Assembly (NCBI GenBank): GCA_032718475.1
Contig: JAUCBJ010000684.1
Location: 27,909 to 91,908, forward strand
DNA from: Nemertoderma westbladi
Taxonomy: Eukaryota > Animalia > Xenacoelomorpha
DNA length: 64,000 nt
Reading direction: 5' to 3'
The notes beneath the pieces are model-generated. The model saw nothing but the letters and a program-made list of their open reading frames with translations. It ran no database searches and was not told where the DNA came from. Positions within the stretch are counted from its first letter, which is position 1. Each line of letters opens with the position of its first letter. The translations under genes were made by a program, and so were the position numbers. Shown here piece after piece: positions 13,635-24,500 of this stretch.

Positions 13635-13789
13635 GAACTATGGGACTCATTTAGCTACCGTTTAAGGATGCAAGGTTATAATTATCACTTTTAAATCATT
13701 AATGCTGCATCAAAAACGAACCCTGGTCTCCATGTGAGGATCGAACCCACGACCTCCAACGAAATTAACTACAATACCAAGGTGGGACT
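13635..13789 (-). mobile_element. tRNA-derived SINE fragment, same family as 5600-5760
   Basis: Reverse complement ccaccttggt..ggaggtcgtgggttcgatcc..ccttgcatcc..agct matches the 5600 copy. Confidence 0.65.
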
Positions 13790-13839
13790 TGGCAAAGTGA
13801 CAATATATACAATAGAAATTGCTTAAATGTTACACCCCT

Positions 13840-14050
13840 TATGAAGAATATCAGGTTTTCACTTTTCGGGCGACTTTTTATTGGGCTTTTATATGAAAAA
13901 TGTGCATTTTTTAAAGTGTGTTATAGCGCTTATTTCTTTCTTATAACCTGGGCAGATAGTAACTCGTGCAGATAGTAATTCGTTTATTGTTTTGGTTAGA
14001 TTCAGCCCTTCTGTAACCTGTGTTTTTAGTGAAAACCTGGTCTTCTTCAG
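13840..14050. repeat. Dispersed repeat with inverted ends (gaagaatatcaggttttcac / gtgaaaacctggtcttcttc); inverted relative at 15457-15880
   Basis: Shared blocks ttatagcgcttatttct, aattcgtttattgttttggtta and aataaaaagtcg between the two copies. Confidence 0.6.
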
Positions 14051-14329
14051 ATGGGGTGTAGCATTTACTTACATCCGCATGACAGGAGCGCGTTGTGGTT
14101 GGGGAATACGGACATTGGCCACATCCCTAGTAAATTGTGATTGTGCAACGTGGTTGCGAGCAGCAGTTCGACAAGATTATTATTTATAAAGAAAGACCTT
14201 TACCGCCATGAGGTGGACAGGTGGTCTATAAAGTATTAGAAATCACGGTCAAACTATCTATCATGTTATCATATATGTTAGAAAAATTAAGAGGTTTGGG
14301 TCACTAAATTTAGAAACTACCACATATGT

Positions 14330-14530
14330 GCAGATAGGGGGGGAAACTGTACGCAATAAAAATTCATCCCTCTCCAGGGGAAATTCGACGCAAATAACAG
14401 CTGATTATTCTCAAAAATAAAACTGTAACCTGTTCTATTGTGTTTAGTTTATTGTTTTGGTTAAATTTACGTGCCACTGTAACCTGCTCATTTCCCTAAA
14501 TTGAGAATTGAACATTGAGGCGGGATATTA
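14330..14530 (+). repeat. Dispersed repeat family (other copies ~18405-18610, ~51570-51700, partial ~52520-52600)
   Basis: Shared core cagctgatta.tc.caaaaata..ac..t..cctgtt.tattg..t.tagttta..tttggtt..tgtaacct.ctc. Confidence 0.65.
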
Positions 14531-15504
14531 ATTCGCCAAGGGCAGCACCGTTCTTTAATTGGCGTTTCTTGAAGCTCAGAAATTATAACGCCATTATTTC
14601 AATTTGATATAATAGGACATCCATATGAATTAGTATAGTTATTAGAAATATTAAAGTAAATAATATGACAGGAAATTCAATCCAATGGGTGGACCTTGAA
14701 TCTATATCTTCTACACGTCACCTTGAGACTGACTGTCCCAACATTAGTACGTCTACATTAGAAGCCAGGATATTACTGGACATTGCTACTAGGAAGCTGT
14801 CTGACTGTGCCCGCCTTGTCTATATTGTAGTTTATATATTGGTCAGCCCCACGAGGAAAGACATTTATAATGACTCAGAGTATTTTTATTGGAATTTCTG
14901 AATTTGATCTATTATTTTTTTATTTACTCGAAAAATAATTTTATGTATTGATAGTTGATACTGCATTAGCAGATTAATAAATTTAATTTAGGAATACCAG
15001 GTTTATTTAATACATTATCAATACTCTGTCCCTGTCGTATTTATTATGTTTTAAAGTTTAAACAACCAAGTAATACAACCAATAATAACCAGTACCGGTA
15101 CCGGTAATAATTCAAAACTTATCCTTCACCTTCTTTTCTTTGCATTTAAAAAGCTCTAAATTCAGCATTTTAGTAACCACTGCACTATATAGGGAATATA
15201 CATACTGCTAATAATGGAAAACTCACTAGAATATGAACCAAAAAATGAAATCAGCAAAATCATGAAAACAATAAATCTGGAAAAATTTAAAGAAATCCAA
15301 AATATTCCGAAATATAATTTCGTATTATTTAAGAAATGCAGAATTTATTCAGAAATATCACCACGTTTAGGCCCCCCTCACACGGGGCAACTTATTTCTG
15401 CAATTTGTTTCTGAAACAGTAAAGTAGCCTGCATGGTAACGTTTGGTGGGCCCGTGTGAAGAATACCAGGTTTTCACCAAAAACACAGCGTTACAGAAAG
15501 GCTG

Positions 15505-15792
15505 AATTTAACCAAAACAATAAACGAATTAGTATATGTACAGGTTATAAAACAGAAATAAGCGCTATAAAACACTTAATAAAGATAAATTAAAAAAAAA
15601 TAAAAATCTTCATAATATGAAGATTTTTTATTTTTTTTTAATTTATCTTTATTAAGTGTTTTATAGCGCTTATTTCTGTTTTATAACCTGTACATATACT
15701 AATTCGTTTATTGTTTTGGTTAAATTAATAAATTAAAAAAAAATAAAAAATCTTCATAATATGAAGATTTTTTATTTTTTTTTTAATTTATT
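15505..15792. repeat. Near-perfect ~220-bp palindrome followed by a second ~65-bp palindrome with the same centre
   Basis: ~110-bp arms (15505-15614 / 15616-15726) around cttcata-a-tatgaag; the same centre recurs at ~15759. Confidence 0.9.
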
Positions 15793-16090
15793 TTTATTTA
15801 ATTTATTTTTATATTTTATATATTATATAAAATTCCAATAAAAAGTCGACCGAAAAATGAAATCCTTGTATTCTTCACATGGGCGACAATCGTCCCAAAA
15901 GTGAAATCCTGGTATTCTTTACATGGGCGACAATTGGCCCAAAAGTGAAATCCTGGTATTCTTCAATGGGCGGTTTGCTGAGTCTCTAAGCCAACCTCTA
16001 ATTTAGAATTCTCCATGTTTTCGAATAAGGCAGAAAAGCTTTAATAATCAAATTTATCAACTTAATCAAATTATTATAATATTAATTACC

Positions 16091-16171
16091 ATGGCTACTG
16101 GAGAGTCAGGGGGAAGTGGTGACGCAACCGCCCAACAGCAGTCAGAAGATAATCTACACTATCTGAGAACG
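16091..16171 (+). CDS. RyR: Ryanodine receptor exon 1 (MATGESGGSGDATAQQQSEDNLHYLRT)
   Basis: accATGG start; ends LRT|gtaagt like the RyR N-terminus (..FLRT); phase 0 joins exon 2. Confidence 0.8.
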
Positions 16172-16230
16172 GTAAGTATGGATTCATTAGCATTCGAAAA
16201 AATTACTTAAACATCCTGTTCAGTCATTAA

Positions 16231-17885
16231 CCCTTTGCTGCTCGAATTATTTTTACTGGTTTAAAAAAAATTTTTTTAGATTAGATAAACTGAAAACAGT
16301 CTAAAAGAACACATTAATGCCAAAAAAAAAATTTTTTTATTTTTTGAATATTTTTAATGAATGTTGTTCAGGAACAACAATGAGCATTAAAGGTAGCAAT
16401 AATATTTGGTAAAATAGAATCAGATTCATCTTCCCCACTATCATTACTATCTGGTATGACAATTGAATACACCTTCTCTTTGTTCTGGTACCGAACTACT
16501 ACTCCAAGGATCGGCAGGCTGCATTGGAGCTGCATTTTTAAGAAAACTTTGTCGGCTTGTCGACAAAATTTCGCCGCCACAACTCCCTATAACCCATGAC
16601 ATTTGCTAGATCATCCGCATCTTCAAAGCCAGTGTCCTTCAAGATGCGTCTCAAGAAAGTCATGGGCTGTCCACCATTCTTATACACTCCATGAGGCTGC
16701 CAAATCATAAGATTATGCACTGGCTGGTCCTCGCGGCGAAAGCAATGTCCTGCAAAGCGGAGGCGGCTTTGTTCTACAGTAGTGTCAAGCTTGGGGGGAA
16801 CCAATGAGAGGCACCTCCAATGTTTTATAGTGTCTACTACTACGGTCAGCATGCTGCATAGCAGCTGCATTATATATATATTACATATATATTAAGAATG
16901 CTGTGCCGGCTTGTCGATAAAATTGCGCTGCAACAACGCATGAGCCATGACATTTGCTAGATCATCCGCATCTTCAAGGTCAGTGTCCTTTAAGATGCGT
17001 CTCAAGAAAGTCATGGGCTGTACCCATGCTTATTCGCTCCATGAGAGCGTCAAAGCACAAGGTTATGCACTGGCTGGTCCTCACGGCGAAAGCAATGTCC
17101 TGCAAAGCGGAGGCGGTTCCGTTCAAGTGTCAAGCTAGTGAAGATTAATGGAAAACCTCCAATGCTATATAGAGTTTGGTTGAAGATGTGTTCCTTGTAC
17201 TTGACAGAGAGAACTCAGCGCAAAATTCTTGTGAAAGTGCCACCCAGAGATTTGGTATCCTCTGCAGTTATAGCCCAGCATGGACTCCCATATAAGAGTA
17301 CTGGTACTACTGCTGCCATAAATAATCGAACCTTAAGGTTTCGTTTAAGGTACCGAACAATTAATTCGCAAGCATAAAAATCTGAATAGGTAATAATAAT
17401 AAATATTAGATGAGACACCAGATGAGTTATGAGACACCACTTCACTTAAATAACTGAGAAATAAAAACTAATAACAGTGTAATTTTAGCTTTCTTAAATG
17501 GGCAATGTTGTTGTGGGACAACAATCTTTAAAACACTACTAACTTGGTTAAAATCTATTAACAATCTATTGGAGCATTCGAAAATCATCTTAGACGTGTT
17601 TTCCTATCTACTCAATTTTTTTGGAACAGAAAAATTAAAGGGAATTGCATTTTTTAACAATATGAATGCACATGTTTTTTCAATTACCGCTTATTGAAGC
17701 ATAGGCTCACAATATGTAAGCCAATGTTCAAATTTCCCTCTTGAAAGCAAACGAAACTGATCCTCAGGTACAAGAAACATGTTGACAACCCATATCAACC
17801 AATCAGATATCACATATTACCATTCTGAGATTAGGAGAGCCAATAATAGGAATGTTGTTCCGGAACAACACTGAGCAGCAAAGGG
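16231..17885. mobile_element. piggyBac-type non-autonomous element in RyR intron 1
   Basis: TTAA TSD on both sides; 13-bp TIR ccctttgctgctc / gagcagcaaaggg; internal palindrome tgttgttc.ggaacaaca recurs at ~16362 and ~17853. Confidence 0.85.
16495..17375 (-). mobile_element. Two tandem 5'-truncated RTE LINE 3' fragments, same family as 46832-47987
   Basis: RLRFAGHCFRREDQPVHNL..WQPHG and KVRLF.AAVVPVLLYGSPCWA peptides; (TAG)n tails at ~16495 and ~16834. Confidence 0.85.
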
Positions 17886-18237
17886 TTAAAATAATATCAA
17901 ACATTAGAGAAATTACTAATGCAGTAATTTATATAGCTTTTTACTATTTATTATAATGTATGAATTACTTTATCTCACGTCTATCCAAAGTGTGACAATT
18001 GACTTAAAATATTGAAACACTACACTGAGAAATGTAGTTAACTTACTATATACTTAGTTTTGTTTTATTTTTATTCTCGAAAATATGTGGTACCGATGGG
18101 GGGAGGGGGGGGGGGGGGGGCTTGTTAAATTTACCTGAAATTTAGCAATAAATGTTTATGGCGGCTACTCTAATATTTCCAAAGGTAACCTTGTTTATGT
18201 TCATATCATAATTTTCATTGATATATCTTCTGTTTAG

Positions 18238-18369
18238 GGGGACACGGTGTGTTTTATGACTGTTGTAAAGCAAACGACACCGGATGGCGACACTTTTACT
18301 GAGAAGATATCCTTAGCAGCTGACGGATTTGGGAACAGAATGTGTCACTTAGAGATAGTTAACGACAAG
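18238..18369 (+). CDS. RyR: Ryanodine receptor exon 2 (GDTVCF..KISLAADGFGNRMCHLE..DK)
   Basis: tttag| acceptor, |gtaagc donor; matches RyR LAAEGFGNRLCFLE. Confidence 0.9.
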
Positions 18370-18689
18370 GTAAGCTACCGGTACCGGTATGCGGAAAAAA
18401 CTTCGACAGATACGGGAACGCAAACTTTCGACGCAAAGAAAATTTATTCCTCTCCAGGGGAAAATCGACGCAAACATCAGCTGATTACTCCAAAAAATAT
18501 AACCATGACCTGTTCTATTGACTTTAGTTTAATATTTTGGTTGAAATAACGCGCCTCTGTAACCTGCTCCTTTCCATAAATTGCTATTTTATCTTTGACG
18601 CGAAATGTTTAATTCGCAAATGTTAATTTGTGAGATTTGCGTCCAGTTTCATCAAGCTGTCTCTCCTTCGATCGATATGGTATATTTAA

Positions 18690-18990
18690 GCTCTATATGC
18701 CACTACATCATATGGGAAGTTTTTTTTTAAAACTAAATAATCTAAAAAGAGCTTGATAAAATTAAGTCGTCCTTTTTAAAGAAAATGCTAGGTTTGCCCA
18801 CCAATGCCTCCTCAACTTTAGCACATAATCTTACGGGAGAAAGAACTCTAGTGGAAGGCATACTATCTAAACACAATAATATTTTCGACAAAGACGTGGT
18901 GCAATCTTATAAAGCTTTTAGAGCCGATTGCCAGAATCACTTTATTAACGAAGGTTTCATCCGAGGCCCAGCCTTTAACCGCCACGTGCT
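18690..18990 (+). mobile_element. 3' fragment of a LINE ORF2 related to 57640-58995
   Basis: ELDKIKSSFLKKMLGLPTNASSTLA..GPAF aligns with DLDKIKTTFIKRLLGLHISSSSNLA..GPAF. Confidence 0.75.
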
Positions 18991-19992
18991 CTGTCGCACG
19001 ACAGCGCACGGGTTCCACCATAAACTCTGTCGGACGACAGCGCACGGGTTCCACCATAAACTCTGTCGGACGACAGCGCACGGGTTCCACCATAAACTGT
19101 GTCGGGCGACAGCGCACGGGTTCCACCATAACCTCTGTCGGACGACAGCGCACGGGTTTCACCATAAACTCTGTCGGACGACAGCGCACGGGTTCCACCA
19201 TAAACTCTGTCGGACGACAGCGCACGGGTTCCACCATAATCTCTGTCGTACGACAGCGCACGGGTTCCACCATAAACTCTGTCGGACGACAGCGCACGGG
19301 TTCCACCATAATCTCTGTCGTACGACAGCGCACGGGTTCCACCATAAACTCTGTCGGACGACAGCGCACGGGTTCCACCATAAACTCTGTCGGACGACAG
19401 CGCACGGGTTCCACCATAGACTCTGTCGGACGACAGCGCACGTGTTCAACCATAAACTCTGTCGAACGACAGCGCACGGGTTCCACCATAAACTCTGTTG
19501 GACGACAGCGCACGGGTTCCACCATAAACTCTGTCGTACGACAGCGCACGGGTTCCACCATAAACTCTGTCGTACGACAGCGCACGGGTTCCACCATAAA
19601 CTCTGTCGGACGACAGCGCACGGGTTCCACCATAAACTCTGTCGTACGACAGCGCACGGGTTCCACCATAAACTCTGTCGGACGACAGCGCACGTGTTCA
19701 ACCATAAACTCTGTCGAACGACAGCGCACGGGTTCCACCATAAACTCTGTTGGACGACAGCGCACGGGTTCCACCATAAACTCTGTCGTACGACAGCGCA
19801 CGGGTTCCACCATAAACTCTGTCGGACGACAGCGCAAGGGTTCCACCATAAACTCTGTCGGACGACAGCGCACGGGTTCAACCATAAACTCTGTCGGACG
19901 ACAGCGCACGGGTTCCACCATAAACTCTGTCGGACGACAGCGCAAGGGTTCCACCATAAACTCTGTCGGACGACAGCGCACGGGTTCCACCA
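18988..19992 (+). repeat. 36-bp minisatellite (ctctgtcggacgacagcgcacgggttccaccataaa), about 28 copies, amplified from LINE coding sequence
   Basis: In-frame LCRTTAHGFHHK repeat; single-copy equivalent ITRFTSHGFHHRLC in ORF 58431-59030. Confidence 0.92.
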
Positions 19993-20584
19993 CGCCCTTT
20001 CCACTCTTTATCCGATTTATGTGCCTGTAAATTCTGTCACTCACCCATTACAGATAAATTCCATATCTTGGTCTGTTCATCTGCCCCAACTCTCGCAACT
20101 CTAGCGAACGATTAATCTATTTATTTTATAATTTAGTTCCTATTTTAGTCTCGATATTTTCTTACTCTCGATAATTTTACTCTCGATATTTTTATTTTTT
20201 TTGGAACTCGCCATTATCATCACTCGCTTGATTATCGATATTTTTCAACACTCCGTATTTTTTTATTTTACTAGCGTTATTTTTACATCCAATATTTTTC
20301 ATATCTCGGTATTTTTTCAATATAACCTTATTTTACGATGATATAATAATAATCCATTTTTAGTTAACAAATTTTCAATTTTATTATCGATCCATGTGTG
20401 TAGTTCCTATATTCTATTTTAACATATTTATATTTATTGGTCAATTGAAATAATGAATAAATTCTCAGTTGCCTCGCTTGGGGGCGTAATGATTTTATTA
20501 AAAAATATTTAAGCTTTGCGATTTATCTTTATATTTATGTATTTGTTTGGCATGGATTTATTACCAATCTCTTGTTATCCACAG

Positions 20585-20758
20585 GATATACCACCGGACG
20601 TTACTGCCACAATGTTTGTACTTGAGAATGCCATGTCCAGCAAGGCGTTGCAGGAACTGCTAACATCATCGGGTAGTGACCTCATTGATAGTGCCATGTT
20701 TCATAAGACACTACTTTATGGACACGCCGTGCTACTGGGTCACTTCCATAGCAACATG
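20585..20758 (+). CDS. RyR: Ryanodine receptor exon 3 (DIPPDV..FVLENAMSSKALQELL..HKTLLYGHAVLLGHFHSNM)
   Basis: acag| and |gtgagt; matches RyR VPPDL..FVLEQSLSVRALQEML..HRTLLYGHAILLRH. Confidence 0.93.
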
Positions 20759-20864
20759 GTGAGTTGTTAGGCGTTAAGCAACCGAATGTCTATTTATTTG
20801 ATTGTAATATTTGTGTGGTTTACATGGTTTATGTTTGTATTTCCAGTTGCAGCTTTCTGTAACA

Positions 20865-21310
20865 CCGTATTTACTCGAATAAGAGCCCGCCTCGAATTTT
20901 ACGCCCCCCTTACCATCCGCCTTCCCCGAATAAACGCCCCGGAATAAACAATGTGGGGCGTTAACATTGTTGAGAGTTAACTGATTGTTAAGCCTGAAAG
21001 TATATGTTGTAGGGTGTTGTACCGCTGTAATAGGCTGCATTGTAATAAAGATAATCCTGGTTTTATTTGAATTATTTCATTTGTTTAACTTGTTTTCTTG
21101 AATTTAACAACATTCTTTTAGGGTACTTAGATTCAAAATGCTGAAAATCTAGAACATAAACGTAAACGCCCCCACTCCAACCACATAATTTGGAACTTAA
21201 ACGCCTTACCCGAATAAACGCCTCCCTCGAATAAACGCCTCCCCAATTGGCAAACTTTACTTAAAAACTTATAAACTTAAACGGCCAGGCTCTTATTCGA
21301 GTAAATACGG
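20865..21310. mobile_element. Tc2/pogo-type (Tc1/mariner superfamily) MITE
   Basis: 23-bp TIR ccgtatttactcgaataagagcc / ggctcttattcgagtaaatacgg; TA at right, CA at left; internal cgaataaacgcc repeats. Confidence 0.8.
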
Positions 21311-21396
21311 TATATAAAGTAAACGTCCCCTACTCCACCTTGTGGGCTGTAACTTAGTTAAACGTTCCCCCACTTCACGTTTTGTTTTATTTGCAG

Positions 21397-21534
21397 TATT
21401 TATCCTGCTTAAAGACCTGCAGCAGTAAAGATAAACTTGCCTTTGATGTTGGATTGTCTGAGGAAGACCCCACGTTAGAGAACAACTGGTGGATAGTTCA
21501 CCCCTCATCTAAGCAGCGATCGGAAGGGGAAAAG
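21397..21534 (+). CDS. RyR: Ryanodine receptor exon 4 ([36 protein letters not shown])
   Basis: ttgcag| acceptor and AAG|gtaggc donor; diagnostic DKLAFDVGL and [11 protein letters not shown] motifs. Confidence 0.95.
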
Positions 21535-24500
21535 GTAGGCAGCGTTAGAGAAAATGTTGGCAACGTTAGGGAAAAGGTAGGCAGCGTTAGAGAAAATGTA
21601 GGCAGCGTTAGGATAAAACGTAGGCAGCGTTAGAGAAAATGTAGGCAACGTTAGGGAAAAGGTAGGCAGCGGTGGGAAAAGGTAGGCAGCGTTAGAGAAA
21701 ATGTAGGCAGCGTTAGGGAAAAGTTAGGCAGCGTTAGGGAAAAGGTAGGCAGCGTTAGATAAAAGTTAAGCAGCGTTAGTAGAGAAAATGTAGGCAACGT
21801 TAGGGAAAAGGTAGGCAGCGTTAGTGGAGAAAATGTAGGCAGCGTTAGGGAAAAGGTCGGCAGCGTTAGTAGAGAAAATGTAGGCAACGTTAGGGAAAAG
21901 GTCGGCAGCGTTAGTAGAGAAAATGTAGGCAGTGTTAGGGAAAAGGTAGGCAGCATTAGTGAAAAGGTAGGCAGCGTTAGGGAAAAGGTAGGCAGCGTTA
22001 GTGAAAAGGTAGGCAGCGTTAGGGAAAAGGTAGGCAGCGTTAGAGAAAATGTAGGCAACGTTAGGGAAAAGTTAGGCAGCGTTAGGGAAAAGGTAGGCAG
22101 CGTTAGAGAAAATGTAGGCAGCGTTAGGGAAAAGTTAGGCAGCGTTAGGGAAAAGGTAGGCAGCGTTAGATAAAAGTTAAGCAGCGTTAGGGAAAAGGTA
22201 GGCAGCGTTAGTGGAGAAAATGTAGGCAACGTTAGGGAAAAGGTAGGCAGCGTTAGTAGAGAAAATGTAGGCAGCGTTAGGGGAAAGGTAGGCAGCGTTA
22301 GTGAAAAGGTAGGCAGCGTTAGGGAAAAGGTAGGCAGCGTTAGTAGAGAAAATGTAGGCAACGTTAGGGAAAAGGTAGGCAGCGTTAGTGAAAATGTAGG
22401 CGACGTTAGTGAAAAGGTAGGCAGCGTTAGGGAAAAGGTAGGCAGCGTTAGTAGAGAAAATGTAGGCAACGTTAGGGAAAAGGTAGGCAGCGTTAGAGAA
22501 AATGTAGGCAACGTTAGGGAAAAGGTAGGCAGCGTTAGAGAAAATGTAGGCAGCGTTATAGAAAATGTAGGCAACGTTAGGGAAAAGGTAGGTAGCGTTA
22601 GGGAAAAGGTAGGCAGTGTTAGTAGAAAAATGTAGGCAACGTTAGGGAAAAGGTAGGCAGCGTTAGAGAAAATGTAGGCAGCGTTAGAGAAAATGTAGGC
22701 AACGTTAGGGAAAAGGTAGGTAGCGTTAGGGAAAAGGTAGGCAGCGTTAGTAGAGAAAATGTAGGCAACGTTAGGGAAAAGGTATGCAGCGTTAGTGAAA
22801 ATGTAGGCAGCGTTAGGGAAAAGGTAGGCGGCGTTAGTAGAGAAAATGAAGGCAGCGTTAGGGAAAAGGTAGGCAGCGTTAGTAGAGAAAATGTAGGCAA
22901 CGTTAGGGAAAAGGTATGCAGCGTTAGTGAAAATGTAGGCAGCGTTAGGGAAAAGGTAGGCAGCGTTAGTAGAGAAAATGAAGGCAACGTTAGGGAAAAG
23001 GTAGGCAGCGTTAGTAGGGAAAATGTAGGCAGCGTTAGGAAAAAGGTAGGCAGCGTTAGGGAAAAGGTAGGCAGCGTTAGGGAAAATGTAGGCAGCGTTA
23101 GGGAAAAGGTAGGCAGCGTTAGTAGAGAAAATGTTGGCAACGTTAGGGAAAAGGTAGGCAGCGTTAGTAGAGAAAATGTAGGCAACGTTAGGGAAAAGAT
23201 AGGCAGCGTTAGTAGAGAAAATGTAGGCAGCGTTAGGAAAAAGGTAGGCAGCGTTAGGGAAAAGGTAGGCAGCGTTAGGGAAAATGTAGGCAGCGTTAGG
23301 GAAAAGGTAGGCAGCGTTAGTAGAGAAAATGTTGGCAACGTTAGGGAAAAGGTAGGCGGCGGTAGTAGAAAAAATGTAGGCAACGTTAGGGAAAAGGTAG
23401 GCAGCGTTAGTAGAGAAAATGTAGGCAACGTTAGGGAAAAGGTAGGCAGCGTTAGGGAAAAGGTAGGCAGCGTTAGTAGAGAAAATGTAGGCAACGTTAG
23501 GGAAAAGGTAGGCAGCGTTAGTAGAGAAAATGTAGGCAGCCTTAGGAAAAAGGTAGGCAGCGGTAGTAGAGAAAATGTAGGCAGCGTTATGGAAAAGGTA
23601 GGCAGCGTTAGGGAAAAGGTAGGCAGCGTTAGGGAAAAGGTAGGCAGCGTTAGTAGAGAAAATGTAGGCAACGTTAGGGAAAAGGTAGGCAGCGTTAGGG
23701 AAAAGGTAGGCAGCGTTAGTAGAGAAAATGTAGGCAACGTTAGGGAAAAGGTAGGCAGCGTTAGTAGAGAAAATGTAGGCAGCCTTAGGAAAAAGGTAGG
23801 CGGCGGTAGTAGAGAAAATGTAGGCAGCGTTATGGAAAAGGTAGGCAGCGTTAGGGAAAAGGTAGGCAGCGTTAGTAGAGAAAATGTAGGCAACGTTAGG
23901 GAAAAGGTAGGCAGCGTTAGGGAAAAGGTAGGCAGCGTTAGTAGAGAAAATGTAGGCAACGTTAGGGAAAAGGTATGCAGCGTTAGTAGAGAAAATGTAG
24001 GCAACGTTAGGGAAAAGGTAGGCAGCGTTAGTAGAGAAAATGAAGGCAACGTTAGGGAAAAGGTAGGCAGCGTTAGTAGAGAAAATGTAGGCAGCGTTAG
24101 GAAAAAGGTAGGCAGCGTTAGGGAAAAGGTAGGCAGCGTTAGGGAAAATGTAGGCAGCGTTAGGGAAAAGGTAGGCAGCGTTAGTAGAGAAAATGTTGGC
24201 AACGTTAGGGAAAAGGTAGGCAGCGTTAGTAGAGAAAATGTAGGCAACGTTAGGGAAAAGGTAGGCAGCGTTAGTAGAGAAAATGTAGGCAGCGTTAGGA
24301 AAAAGGTAGGCAGCGTTAGGGAAAAGGTAGGCAGCGTTAGGGAAAATGTAGGCAGCGTTAGGGAAAAGGTAGGCAGCGTTAGTAGAGAAAATGTTGGCAA
24401 CGTTAGGGAAAAGGTAGGCGGCGGTAGTAGAAAAAATGTAGGCAACGTTAGGGAAAAGGTAGGCAGCGTTAGTAGAGAAAATGTAGGCAACGTTAGGGAA

